A program made the translations under genes and the position numbers. The notes under the pieces were generated by a model that saw only the letters and a program-made list of their open reading frames with translations, was not told the origin of the DNA and did no database searches. Shown here one piece after another: positions 9,816 through 19,967 of a stretch of DNA of 64,000 nucleotides (the stretch's first letter is position 1; each line of letters begins with the position of its first letter). This DNA comes from an uncultured bacterium (GTDB lineage: Bacteria; Chloroflexota; UBA5177; JANWHV01): contig CAWHAE010000012.1 in the NCBI GenBank assembly GCA_963827235.1, forward strand, positions 352,001 through 416,000. Direction: 5' to 3'.

Positions 9816-10598
9816 TCACGAATCGGGACGACTGCCTGCCGCCGTCTCGGCCTCGCCGGCAGCGCCGTCTGGCCATGTCAGGGCGCTGAGCGGATCCAAC
9901 GCGTTCACATAGGCGATACCCTGCTCACAGCGGACGATCACGACGTCGGCTCCCCGAGGTATTGACGATCCGTCTTCGCTGCGGGCAGGCAGGCTGCGAT
10001 GCAGACCTTCCAGGTCGTAGACGACCTCGCCGACCGCCCCCGGCTGAATCCTCGCGTTCAGCACGCCGACGGCACCGATCGCGGTCGCGCTCAGGGGTTC
10101 GCTGCTCGCACGGGCGAACGCCGTCAGCAGCGCGCGCACGATCCCGGCGCCGACCAGGCCCGCGATCACGGCAATGAGCACCGACAGGGCCGGCACCGCG
10201 AGCTCTGCCAACAGGCCGCCGGCCCCAAACCACATCGCCGCCGCGGCAAGTGAGAATGGGCTAAGCCAGGACAGGGACCATCCGGCCGCCGCCAGCAAGA
10301 CGGAACCCGCTGTCGGCGCCGCGCCCGGCAGTCCGTGTGCAGTGGTCGCCACGTCCGCGTGAGCGTGCGGGCCGGCGACCGGCGCGGTATGGGCGGGCGC
10401 GCCATGCGTGGCCAGGCCGGCATGCCCGCCGGGGAGGGCGAGGTGCCCCTGCGGAGCGGCGACGTGCGTGGCCGGGTGCGCCGCATGCACGTGACTCAAC
10501 CCGTGCCCGCCAACGTGTCCGGCCAGGCCCCCGAACAACGCGAGCAGCGCCGTCGTGCCCAGCCCGCCGACCAGACAGATCAGGAAGACAGCGTGCAT
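9816..10598 (-). CDS. NfeD-like (OB-fold C-terminus) membrane protein with a His-rich loop; flotillin partner
   Basis: Three hydrophobic helices, then C-terminal IGAVG...GEVV...ARSEDGSSIPRGADVVIV. Lies directly upstream of flotillin in the same orientation. Confidence 0.8.
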   Translation of the reverse strand: MHAVFLICLVGGLGTTALLALFGGLAGHVGGHGLSHVHAAHPATHVAAPQGHLALPGGHAGLATHGAPAHTAPVAGPHAHADVATTAHGLPGAAPTAGSVLLAAAGWSLSWLSPFSLAAAAMWFGAGGLLAELAVPALSVLIAVIAGLVGAGIVRALLTAFARASSEPLSATAIGAVGVLNARIQPGAVGEVVYDLEGLHRSLPARSEDGSSIPRGADVVIVRCEQGIAYVNALDPLSALTWPDGAAGEAETAAGSRPDS

Positions 10599-10869
10599 GC
10601 CGGTACACCATTGCCGGTCGCTGCTCACGCCGGCAACCCGCTGACGCTTGATCGAAAGCAGTGAACCTGGCAGAGTCATGATAGTACACGACCCAGGCTG
10701 TGTCGAGAAGTGCCAGACGGTGTGCTGGCAGACTGCTTGCGGACGAACCGGCCTAAGCCGATCGAACGCTTGATCCGACCATTCGATTGATGTGGGCAAA
10801 TTGCTCTGTCCGCAGACTGAGCGTATGGGGACACACGCCTGGCAGCGCGAAACGAAAGGAAGCTACACC

Positions 10870-11172
10870 ATGCCGGGTACATCGAATCGAGGCTTTGCCT
10901 CCATGGATCCTGAGAAGCAGCGCAGCATAGCAAGTAAGGGTGGTAAAGCTGCCCACGAAGCCGGCACCGCGCACGAGTTCACTTCCGAGGAGGCCAGGAT
11001 CGCGGGCAGCAAGGGTGGCGAGGCGGTGAGCGAGGATCGCGCGCATATGGCGGCAATCGGCAGCCGTGGCGGCCAGAGCCACGGCCAGAGCGCTCGCATG
11101 AAGAACACGATGCTCAAGGAAGACATAAGCACGCGCGAGGAGAAAGCAGGCTCCGAGAGCTATCGCAAGTAG
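10870..11172 (+). CDS. KGG-repeat general stress protein (YciG/Con-10-like)
   Basis: RGFASMDPEKQRSIASKGG, HEFTSEEARIAGSKGG and MAAIGSRGG repeats. AAAGGA RBS. Confidence 0.9.
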   Translation: MPGTSNRGFASMDPEKQRSIASKGGKAAHEAGTAHEFTSEEARIAGSKGGEAVSEDRAHMAAIGSRGGQSHGQSARMKNTMLKEDISTREEKAGSESYRK

Positions 11173-11411
11173 CTGGGTCCCCTTTGGGGCGAACCCCGGC
11201 GCCATAGCAATGACCCCTCCCAGCAGCCCGCCGGGATCGTCGTCTCGCGACGGCAAGGTACCGGCGGGCTGTGCATTGCCTGACAGACCGCTTTTCGCGG
11301 CCGATGGGGCGAACACACGCCTTTGCCGCTCCGCCTTTTGCCTCGACTCGGGCATACTCCAAGTAGGAGTAGAAATAACTGCGTATTAACCCTCTAAGGA
11401 GCAACGATCAC

Positions 11412-12029
11412 ATGGCTTTTGAGCTACCTCCCCTGCCCTACGACTATGCCGCGCTGGAGCCCCACATCGACGAGCTGACGATGCGAATCCACCATGACAA
11501 GCACCACGGCACCTACGTGAACAACGCGAACGCCGCACTGGCGAACTACCCGAACCTCGCCGCGCTCAGTGTCGAGGACCTCTTGAAGAATCTGGAGCAG
11601 GTGCCCGCGGACATCCGCACCGCGGTGCGCAACAACGCGGGCGGTCATGCGAACCATTCCTTCTTCTGGCAGATCCTCTCGCCAAACGGCGGCGGCTCTC
11701 CCACGGGCGCTGTCGCTTCGGCGATCAACAAGACATTCGGCGGCTTCGAGCCGTTCAAGGAGCAGCTTACCAAGGCGGGCCTGGGGCGCTTCGGCAGCGG
11801 CTGGGCCTGGCTGACCGTCGACGCCGGCGGCACCCTGCGCATCGAATCGACGGCCAACCAGGATAGCCCGCTGTCCGAGGGACGCACGCCCATTGTTGGA
11901 GTGGACGTCTGGGAGCACGCGTACTACCTCAAATATCAGAACCAGCGCCAGAAGTACATCGAAGCCTGGTACAACACGGTCAACTGGCCTGAGGTCGCGC
12001 GCAGGTACGAAGCCGCCGGCGGCCGCTGA
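11412..12029 (+). CDS. sodA: Superoxide dismutase [Mn]
   Basis: [36 protein letters not shown] and DVWEHAYY. The GG and NQD residues indicate the Mn type. Confidence 0.96.
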   Translation: MAFELPPLPYDYAALEPHIDELTMRIHHDKHHGTYVNNANAALANYPNLAALSVEDLLKNLEQVPADIRTAVRNNAGGHANHSFFWQILSPNGGGSPTGAVASAINKTFGGFEPFKEQLTKAGLGRFGSGWAWLTVDAGGTLRIESTANQDSPLSEGRTPIVGVDVWEHAYYLKYQNQRQKYIEAWYNTVNWPEVARRYEAAGGR

Positions 12030-12299
12030 GCCGGCTGCGACGAATGCCGCGCTGTGCGGTACGGGCAACCGGCTTCCCGGAGGCTCACCGCGCACTGACG
12101 AACATTCGATGATGCGCGTCCACCTACCTTTCACGTAACCTGGCAGACCCGTCGGCTCAACCCGTGCTTGTGACCGCTCGGGCATTGTGCCCGCCTCGTC
12201 TGCCGCCGTCACGATGCGAGCCAGGCGCTCGTGGTCCCTGTAGACCGGCGGCTCCCGCGTGGGCCCCCGAGGCGCCGCTAGCCTCGGCTCTTTCGGAGA

Positions 12300-12343
12300 G
12301 TGCAAAGGGCGGGCCACCCACATCGGGTGCCCGCCCTTTGCAC
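12300..12343. terminator. Strong hairpin between convergent sodA and S8 peptidase
   Basis: 15-bp perfect stem gtgcaaagggcgggc ... gcccgccctttgcac. Confidence 0.75.
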
Positions 12344-12368
12344 GTCTCAGCCCAGGCCGCGTGGGCCG

Positions 12369-15300
12369 CTATTGCACGGCCAGGCTGATGCCGCTTACCT
12401 CCGAGCCGTCGGTGCCGCTGCGGTTGAACAGCGACTGCGTGGCGTAGAATTGGGCGTCGCTCGTGCCCTGTACGATGAGACTGCTGGCGCCGGACGGAAC
12501 GCCGAGACTGGACACGTCGAGACTGAGCCGCGCTCCGGCGGCGACGGTCACGCTGCGATGCGATTGGCGGTAGCCGCCGTAGATGGCGGTAATCGAGAGC
12601 ACTTCCGCCTGGGTGGTCGGGTTGTAGAGGTCGAGGTAGTCGGAGGCGCCGCTCGACGTGCTCCCGCCGGGGAAGACGATCTGCGATCCCGGGGAAGAAA
12701 CTCCCACGAGGTCGCTGCCGCCCACTACCGACTGCTTGAATCGCCCATAGTACGCCACCTTTTCCGCCACGACCGGCACGTCGCTGGTGATCTCGGCGCC
12801 CAGGTTCGCCGAATGATACGACGCCGTCAAGTCGATCACCGCGCGGCGTCCCGCCTTGACGCTCAGCTCCAGCGCGGTTCGTGTCTTGCCATGCTGGTCG
12901 ATCGGCGTTACCTCGATGCTCGCCGGCTTGCCGGTTGGGTTGTAGATCGAGATGTGTGCCTGGGCACTCGCGGGCAGATGGCCGGGATCGATGTACTGCG
13001 ACGTGCTGCCGGACTGCGCGCCGATCGTCGTCGTCACGCCCTGGCCCAGACTGCCGAAGAGCTGCACGCGCTCGGCCACTACCGGTACGTTGCTGGTGAG
13101 CGTGACGCTCAACGCCACGTTGGGCATCAGGTCGCTCAGCTGGACCGTTCTCCGCGATGAGCCAGGAATCGTGAACGTGCCGGTGCGCACGTCCCCGGCG
13201 TCGCTCACCATGTGCACGCGAATCCGTGCCAGCGCGGCGCCCGGATTGACGACCGTGAGGTATTCGGCAAAGCTTCCCACGGTATAGCCGTCGGCGAAGT
13301 ACCAGCTCGTGCCGGGGCTCTGCGTGCCGGTCGAGTACGATCCTGCCTCTCCGCTGCGCACGATTTGTCGCCCGCTGATAATCGTCTGGTCTGCTTGCAC
13401 GACGGCCGCGATGACCTGATTGTTCCCCACGAGCGGCTGCACGTTGATCGTCTTTCTGCTGTGTGCGGGGAGCAGGTAGCGCGACAGCGTCGTCCAGCCG
13501 CCGTCATTGATCAGTCGAAGCTGCACGTGCGCGTCGACGGAGCCTGGATTCACCAGGTCCATCTGATCTTGCACGCCCGTCGCCGCGGCGCCCTCGGGGA
13601 AATACTGGGCGGATGCAACTGTGGCCAGCAGCGGATCCGGCGTCGGGGCTGCTGCCGGTAGAGGCGGCTGCACCGTTACGGTCAACGGCACCATGCCCAC
13701 CAGGTCGTCGCGGTAGGTATAGATGTAGACTCGTGCGCGGTACGTACCCGGAGCCACCGTGGCCGGCACCGAGATCTGGCCATGGAAGGTGACGATGCCG
13801 CTGGGACGCGCGACCAGGAGATTCTGGTTGATCGATCCGTCTACGCGCCGCTGCGCGTCGAGCTTGATCCAGGGCTGCGGCGACAGAGCGTAGGCCTGCG
13901 TGCTCGATGCGACATACACCTGTCCGCTACGGGCGCTGTTGGGCAGCGTGACGCTGACGAAGTACTGCCCGATCGGCAGGTTGTCGCCCTGGATGATTGC
14001 CGTGTCGCCCGCGCTGGCCTTGCCACCCAGGCTGACCGTCGCTTGCCGGGCAAACGCGGCATACGAGCCATAGGCGGAATCGTCAAGCTCGATGTCCAGG
14101 GGCTGCGTGGTGTTCAAGCTCTGCGCCTGTGTGATCACCTCGCGCGTGCCCGGCGGCACGAAGCTGGTCGTGTACGTGAGCACGGTGGTAGCGCCGACTC
14201 CGACCGAGGGGCCGGCCTGAAGCGACCCACCGTTGCCGCCAAGCGCGAGATAAGTGTACTGGTCGCTGGTGGCATAGCTGTAGTAGGCATCGGTGGTGAT
14301 ACCGGTGTTGCGTACCGCTATGCTGAACTTGGCCGGGCTGGCACCTGCCTTCACGGTGAGCGAGCTCGTGCTGGCTTGAAGCTGGGGCTGGCCCAGGACG
14401 ACCGCGCCTTTGAACGGCTCGCTCGTGTAGCTGCCCGCATAGATCAGGCTCATGAAGACGATGCGCCACGTGCCGGGCGCGGGATTGGTGAGATAGGCAT
14501 CCACTACCGGGTGCGTCAGGTCCAGAGATCCGTCGGGGTTGACAAACGCGTTGTCCACGACGTTGTTGATCTTGCCCGTGGGATCGATCAAGCCAAGCAG
14601 GAACAGGTTTCCCTGGTGTGACCACTCGATCGCCACCTGGGCGCTGTGTACGCCCGACGGCACCTTGAAGTCATAGAACCTGGTCTCTCGGGCGAAGCCC
14701 TGACTGCCGATACCTCCCACGAACGAGCCCGAGAAGAGGCCCAGGCCTTGCTGCACCGGTATGTCCGACGTCACGATCGCGGGGATGGTCTCAACCGTGT
14801 CGGTAGGCGTGATCGCGGTCGTCGAAGCGACCGGCGTGCTGGATTTCGGCAGGAGCGCGTGCTCGCGCACGTGCACGGTGATCTCCGAGACACCGGGGCC
14901 GCCCAGTGTTCCTGTCCTGTACTGGATTCTCTTGACCTCGCCCGGCTTCAGCGTGAAGCTCGCCGGGCTGACCATCGTGCTGCTCGGCGCGAAGTCGAGC
15001 AGGCTGATGTGCCCGACAAACGGCACGGTCACGTAGTGGCGGACCTGGTTCACTCCGCGCCGCGGCGCCTCGCTTACCACGGCGGTCCACGTGCCGGCAA
15101 TCGGATGGCCGCCCGTGGTGCTGGCGTATCCGGAAGCCGACACGGCAGGAGACGACGGATCGGAGACGAACGACTGCTCGGCGTTCACCAGGTTGCCCTG
15201 CGGGTCGTAAAGCGCGACCTGCAGAATGACGTTCTGGGCAGACTCGCCGGGGATTGGCACCGTCTGCTGGCTCGCGAAGTTGGCGGAGGCCTTCAGCTCG

Positions 15301-17057
15301 GTCGTGCCCGCGGGCACCTTGAAGTGAAACGCGACGTTGTTGTCCGCGACCACGGTGCCCTTGAACGTAATCGCCTGGGTCTGATGCGCCACCTGCGGCA
15401 GCACCGAGATGCTCTCGCTGACCTGTCCCGTGTTGCTGAGCGTTATCGTCTTGCTGATCTGTTGACCCGGCAGACCCTCGAGCGCCAACGCACCGGATAG
15501 GAGGACCGATGCGCCTTTGCGCGTGGCCATCTGCACCGCCCTGTAGGCGTTGATCCGGCCGGCCGCTTGATCCTGGGCCGCATAGCCGAGGTCGTCGGCG
15601 CTGCTCTGCAGGATCTGTTTGACGAGTGCCGGTGCTGGGGTCTTGCCAGCGTGCGATTCGCGGTAGGCGTTGATCACCAGCGCCGCCACGCCCGCCGTGA
15701 CCGGCGTGGCCATGCTCGTGCCGGCGAATGAGCCGATCGAGTACGGCTTGGTCGTCGGGCCCTCCTCACTCGGCGTTTGCGGGAATGTCGCCCAGCCCGC
15801 CTCACCGGGAGCAAAGATGTCCGGGCGGCTCCGGCCGTCGGGCGTCGGCCCCTCGGACGTGAATGCCGCGATGCTGTCCGAGCTGTAGTGACCGTAGAGT
15901 GTGTAGAAGCCGGTCTCGGCATACTGGCGATAGTCGGTCGACGCGCCCGCGGAGATCACGTCGGGAAGCGATCCAGGCGACTGCGTGGTGGCAGCTCCCG
16001 GCCCGGAGTTGCCGTTGGCCACGACGACCGTAATCCCGTGCTGCACCGCTTCCTCATCGGCCATGGCGGTGACGTTGTTTCCCGTGTAGTACAGGTCGGG
16101 CGCCCCCCACGACTCACTGATCACGTCGGCGTGGTTCTGAATAGCCCACTCGATGGCTCGCACGAATCCGCTCGTGCTGGCGTCGGCGCGAGTATCGAAC
16201 ACCTTGGCTACCATCAGCTTCACGCCGGGAGCCACGCCGGTGTCGGTGAAATACGTGCGATCGGTCTGCCGCTCGCCCGGCTGCAGGGAGGGATAGAGGT
16301 AGCGGGTGTACGTATCCGAAGCACTATAGATCGTCTTCCCCTGCGCCACGATAGTTCCCGCGCAGGCTGTGCCATGACCAACCGTATCTGTGAGGTCGGT
16401 ATTCGTGAAGTCTCTGTACAGCGGCTTGCCGTCGGGTCCCTTCAGCATCACGCCCTGCAGGTCGGGATGGCTGAGATCGATGCCCGAGTCGATGATCGCC
16501 ACGCGAACGTCGCGGCCCGTGTACTGTTCTTGCGCCACGTCGGCCTTGATGATACTGAGCGTATCGGGCTCGCTTACCACCGGCTGGGTCAGCGGCACCG
16601 TTGCGCCGACTTGCAGATTCGCGTGCGATTCTTGTTCCTGCAGTTGCGCAAGGTTGGGAATGGGATCCGGCTGAATGACCTGGTCGAGCTGAACCGCCGA
16701 TAGCCGGCCGTCGTAGCGGAGCGCGGTGAGTGCGCGCTGCCCGACCCTGGCCGAGACGGCGTTGATCAAGCCGAGCTGCGAGATATTCGTAGCACCATCT
16801 TGCCGGAGCGTGCGGATCACGGCATCCTGGCTGGCGGCCGATCCGGGCTCGAGCAGGAATATCATCGGAACCTGGTGCGTTGCCGCTTGCCGCAGCAACG
16901 CAGCCGAGTAACCACTCACCTCTGCGGGCATGGCATGCACGGCGGGTACGCTGAGCGTCCGAAGAACGTCGCCGCGGTTGATCAAGCCGGGAACAGCGGC
17001 GCCTGCCAACACGGTCACTGCCGCCACCCTGGCGGCTAGACGAGAACGAGCGTGCAT
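12369..17057 (-). CDS. Large secreted subtilisin-family (S8) serine peptidase with beta-sandwich domains and four C-terminal WYFAEG-type (DUF5719-like) modules
   Basis: Catalytic triad motifs IIDSGID, GHGTACAG and AGTSMATP, plus oxyanion NGNSG. N-terminal signal-like segment. C-terminal modules YFxxG...NP...VVAER. Confidence 0.9.
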   Translation of the reverse strand: MHARSRLAARVAAVTVLAGAAVPGLINRGDVLRTLSVPAVHAMPAEVSGYSAALLRQAATHQVPMIFLLEPGSAASQDAVIRTLRQDGATNISQLGLINAVSARVGQRALTALRYDGRLSAVQLDQVIQPDPIPNLAQLQEQESHANLQVGATVPLTQPVVSEPDTLSIIKADVAQEQYTGRDVRVAIIDSGIDLSHPDLQGVMLKGPDGKPLYRDFTNTDLTDTVGHGTACAGTIVAQGKTIYSASDTYTRYLYPSLQPGERQTDRTYFTDTGVAPGVKLMVAKVFDTRADASTSGFVRAIEWAIQNHADVISESWGAPDLYYTGNNVTAMADEEAVQHGITVVVANGNSGPGAATTQSPGSLPDVISAGASTDYRQYAETGFYTLYGHYSSDSIAAFTSEGPTPDGRSRPDIFAPGEAGWATFPQTPSEEGPTTKPYSIGSFAGTSMATPVTAGVAALVINAYRESHAGKTPAPALVKQILQSSADDLGYAAQDQAAGRINAYRAVQMATRKGASVLLSGALALEGLPGQQISKTITLSNTGQVSESISVLPQVAHQTQAITFKGTVVADNNVAFHFKVPAGTTELKASANFASQQTVPIPGESAQNVILQVALYDPQGNLVNAEQSFVSDPSSPAVSASGYASTTGGHPIAGTWTAVVSEAPRRGVNQVRHYVTVPFVGHISLLDFAPSSTMVSPASFTLKPGEVKRIQYRTGTLGGPGVSEITVHVREHALLPKSSTPVASTTAITPTDTVETIPAIVTSDIPVQQGLGLFSGSFVGGIGSQGFARETRFYDFKVPSGVHSAQVAIEWSHQGNLFLLGLIDPTGKINNVVDNAFVNPDGSLDLTHPVVDAYLTNPAPGTWRIVFMSLIYAGSYTSEPFKGAVVLGQPQLQASTSSLTVKAGASPAKFSIAVRNTGITTDAYYSYATSDQYTYLALGGNGGSLQAGPSVGVGATTVLTYTTSFVPPGTREVITQAQSLNTTQPLDIELDDSAYGSYAAFARQATVSLGGKASAGDTAIIQGDNLPIGQYFVSVTLPNSARSGQVYVASSTQAYALSPQPWIKLDAQRRVDGSINQNLLVARPSGIVTFHGQISVPATVAPGTYRARVYIYTYRDDLVGMVPLTVTVQPPLPAAAPTPDPLLATVASAQYFPEGAAATGVQDQMDLVNPGSVDAHVQLRLINDGGWTTLSRYLLPAHSRKTINVQPLVGNNQVIAAVVQADQTIISGRQIVRSGEAGSYSTGTQSPGTSWYFADGYTVGSFAEYLTVVNPGAALARIRVHMVSDAGDVRTGTFTIPGSSRRTVQLSDLMPNVALSVTLTSNVPVVAERVQLFGSLGQGVTTTIGAQSGSTSQYIDPGHLPASAQAHISIYNPTGKPASIEVTPIDQHGKTRTALELSVKAGRRAVIDLTASYHSANLGAEITSDVPVVAEKVAYYGRFKQSVVGGSDLVGVSSPGSQIVFPGGSTSSGASDYLDLYNPTTQAEVLSITAIYGGYRQSHRSVTVAAGARLSLDVSSLGVPSGASSLIVQGTSDAQFYATQSLFNRSGTDGSEVSGISLAVQ

Positions 17058-17296
17058 CGCGGAGACCTCATTCTTCGGGAACCTGGACCGTCACAGCGCT
17101 CGTGCCCTTTCGGCAGCACACCCGGCGACGGCACTCGATACTACCACTGTACGTGAGTCCTGCTCTTGGCGCTACGAGTCAAACGCTGCCTTGCAGACCG
17201 CGCCGGTTGCTCGAACCGTCTGCGGACTTCCTTCCGGTCAATCCCAGCCTGCGCCGCCACGGCGCCCGATCGTGGCGAAGAGCCGCCGGTCACTGC

Positions 17297-19675
17297 TCAT
17301 TTGCAGACCAGTTTGACGTACGTCTGTCCGTTCTTTGTCGTCGACGTGATGCTGTATGGTCCACCACCGCATGGCGCGCTCGAGGTCGAGCTGGAAGTGG
17401 TGGTAGGCGAAGCCGTCGGGCTGGCTCCCGGCTGTGCGCTGCCGCTGTAGTCGTCCAGCGAAGGGTTGTCGAGAGTCGTGGGCACCGTGCCGGCGGCGAA
17501 GAGATCCGTCACACCGTTACCGCTGCTCGCTAGACCCGGTTCCTGCCCGGCAGGAGCGTAGCGCGCTACGGTGGCCGTGAGGATGCCTGTCGGCATGATG
17601 AACTGGCTGATCGGCGTGTTCTGCGTCACGTTGTACATGAACTCATGCCAGGCGGGCGCCGCGCCGGTGATGCCGGTCGACCCCGGCATCGGCGAGTCGT
17701 CGGGGTTGCCGACCCACACGCCCGTAACCACGTCCGGCGTATAGCCCAGCGTCAGATTGTCCTTGTAGTCGCTGGTCGTTCCGGTCTTGCTGGCTACCGG
17801 CCGGCTGCCGAGGCCGAGGTAGTCGTATGCGTACTGTCCAAAGGCCGGAACCTTGGCTGCCGTATCCGAGAGAACACTGGTGATCAGGTAGGCGAACTGC
17901 GGCGCAATGACCTGCACACCCTTGGGGGTCTTGTACTTCCACACCAGCTTGCGCGAGCCGTCGGACTGCACCTTGTAGATCGCAAGGATGGGCATGTACG
18001 GGCGGTAGACGCCGTTGTTGGCGAACACAGCATAGCCGTTCACCTCGTCGAGCAGCCTGCCCGGATCGGTGCCCAGCGTCATGGCCAGCCCGAGGTCCTT
18101 GAGGTTCTGGTCTTTGAGATAGTAGCCCATGCTGTTGGCCGTCTTGAGCACCTTCTTGATGCCGTCCGGCCCAAGAGAATAGAGTGTCTTGACGGCAGGC
18201 ACGTTGTAGGAATTGGCCAGCGCCTGGCGCAGGGTAACGCGCCCATGGTATTGCAGATCGTAGTTGTGCGGGATGTACGTCGCGCCGTTCGCATCGGGAT
18301 AGGAGACGTAGGCGTCGTTGATCGTCTCGGCGGGGAAGTGGCCGTTCTCGAACGCCGTGACGTACATGAACGGCTTGAACGAGGAGCCCGCCTGCCGGGC
18401 CTGATCGCCGGCGAAGTCGTATTGCGCCCCGTTGATGCCGGAGTTCCAGCCCACGCCGCCGACGTACGCTCTGATCTCGCCGCTGTGCGGATCGATGGCG
18501 ACCAGCGCGCCGTCGTTCATGTTGTAGGCGGCCCTGTTCTGCTCCACCTGCGTGTCGATGATGTTCTGCGCCAGATCCTGCCAGGCCGGATCGAGTGTGG
18601 TCTGAAAGATGTAGCCCCGGTAGATGTCTTCCGGGTTCTGCAGACCGGGAATGCCGAACTGGCGCAGATTCGCCGGGTTCGCCAGGTAGTCGGTCCGGAG
18701 CCAGTGCACGAAATAGGACTCGTCCGTGTTGACGGATGCATTGGTCGAGGTGAGCTTGAACTTGTAGTTGAGCGGCTCGGCGACCGCGGCGTCATACTGG
18801 GCCTTGGTAATGCCGGTAGTGCCGCCCGCGGTAAGCATCTCCTTCAACACGTGAATCTGGCGCTCCTTGGCAGCCTCCCTGTGGTTGTATGGGTCATACT
18901 GGCTCGGCGCCTGCGGCAGTCCGGCCAGCAGTGCCGACTCGGCAAGATCGAGCTGAGAGGCATGAACGCCGAAGAAGTACTGGGCCGCCGCCTCCACGCC
19001 GTTGATGTCGCCTCCCGCGCTGCCGTAGCTCACGGTGTTGAGGTACATCTCGAGGATGGCGTTCTTGCGACACGCGAGGTTGCATTTCTTGATGTCCCTG
19101 GTCACGCCGATGGCGACCATGATCTCGTGCAGTTTCGTCTCGATGCCGTTTTGATCGAGCTTGCGCGCGCTAGAAGCGTTGGAGCCGAACAGCGCGAGCT
19201 TGACAAGCTGCTCCGTCAGCGTCGAGGCGCCCTGCAAGCCGCCGCTCTGGGTGACGTCGATGCGCGCGGCGCTCAGCAAGCGTATAGGGTCAACACCGAT
19301 ATCGGTGTAGAACGTCCGGTTCTCCGTATCGATGGTGGCGTCGATCATGACCTTGGGCACGCTCTTCAAGGCCACGAGCTTGCGCGTGCCGTATCGCGGA
19401 TCGTAGAGCTGCTCCAGCGTGTCGCCGTTGCGATTCGTGATCAGACTGATCGTGAACGGGTTCTCCTCATACGACTTCAGCGCCGCGATGCCGTCGGGGA
19501 CGACGGAGTTGTAGTACTTGTACGCGGCTACTCCGGCGGTGACGAGAACCGAAGCAAGCAGGAGGAACACGGTGAATGCCACCGCGAGAAACGAGACGAT
19601 AACGGCGATGGGTGCTTTGGGGGCTCTCTTCTTCGGTCGCCGGGATGGCCTGCTTACCTTGATCGCGCGCTTCAT
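17297..19675 (-). CDS. Class A penicillin-binding protein (GT51 transglycosylase + transpeptidase)
   Basis: TM anchor; GT51 motifs TENRTFY..GVD, GASTLTEQLVK and ILEMYLN; TP motifs GSSFKPF (SxxK), SYN and KTGTT. Confidence 0.93.
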   Translation of the reverse strand: MKRAIKVSRPSRRPKKRAPKAPIAVIVSFLAVAFTVFLLLASVLVTAGVAAYKYYNSVVPDGIAALKSYEENPFTISLITNRNGDTLEQLYDPRYGTRKLVALKSVPKVMIDATIDTENRTFYTDIGVDPIRLLSAARIDVTQSGGLQGASTLTEQLVKLALFGSNASSARKLDQNGIETKLHEIMVAIGVTRDIKKCNLACRKNAILEMYLNTVSYGSAGGDINGVEAAAQYFFGVHASQLDLAESALLAGLPQAPSQYDPYNHREAAKERQIHVLKEMLTAGGTTGITKAQYDAAVAEPLNYKFKLTSTNASVNTDESYFVHWLRTDYLANPANLRQFGIPGLQNPEDIYRGYIFQTTLDPAWQDLAQNIIDTQVEQNRAAYNMNDGALVAIDPHSGEIRAYVGGVGWNSGINGAQYDFAGDQARQAGSSFKPFMYVTAFENGHFPAETINDAYVSYPDANGATYIPHNYDLQYHGRVTLRQALANSYNVPAVKTLYSLGPDGIKKVLKTANSMGYYLKDQNLKDLGLAMTLGTDPGRLLDEVNGYAVFANNGVYRPYMPILAIYKVQSDGSRKLVWKYKTPKGVQVIAPQFAYLITSVLSDTAAKVPAFGQYAYDYLGLGSRPVASKTGTTSDYKDNLTLGYTPDVVTGVWVGNPDDSPMPGSTGITGAAPAWHEFMYNVTQNTPISQFIMPTGILTATVARYAPAGQEPGLASSGNGVTDLFAAGTVPTTLDNPSLDDYSGSAQPGASPTASPTTTSSSTSSAPCGGGPYSITSTTKNGQTYVKLVCK

Positions 19676-19724
19676 ACGTCTCCAGAGAAGCAGCCACGGG
19701 GGTGCCCTTGAGTTGGCACAGCGA

Positions 19725-19753
19725 ATTGTAGCACGAGGTCTGGCTCACGCCAA
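19725..19753 (-). promoter_or_regulatory. Sigma70-type promoter for the PBP gene
   Basis: Minus strand TTGGCG-N17-TACAAT with an extended TGn -10. Confidence 0.55.
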
Positions 19754-19967
19754 CGCGATCGTGCATCGGGCAGGGGCCGCCTGCCATGCTTGAGGGCTGC
19801 TCTCCGGCCGGTTCAGTGGCGCGGAACTCCACCGTCCTGAGACTCCTTCCGCGCCGCTTCACGCGTTCGAGGTGAGCACATGCATCGGTTGTGGCGGCGC
19901 ACCTGGCTCGCGCACCCGGCCGCCACTTACAATGCATCATGCGTGGCCGTCCGGTGAACGAAGACTC

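Noticed and set aside
17645-19711. Long antisense ORFs (688 aa here; also 31576-33738, 38059-39780, 3724-5118)
   Set aside because: Antisense mirrors of well-supported genes, caused by GC3 codon bias.
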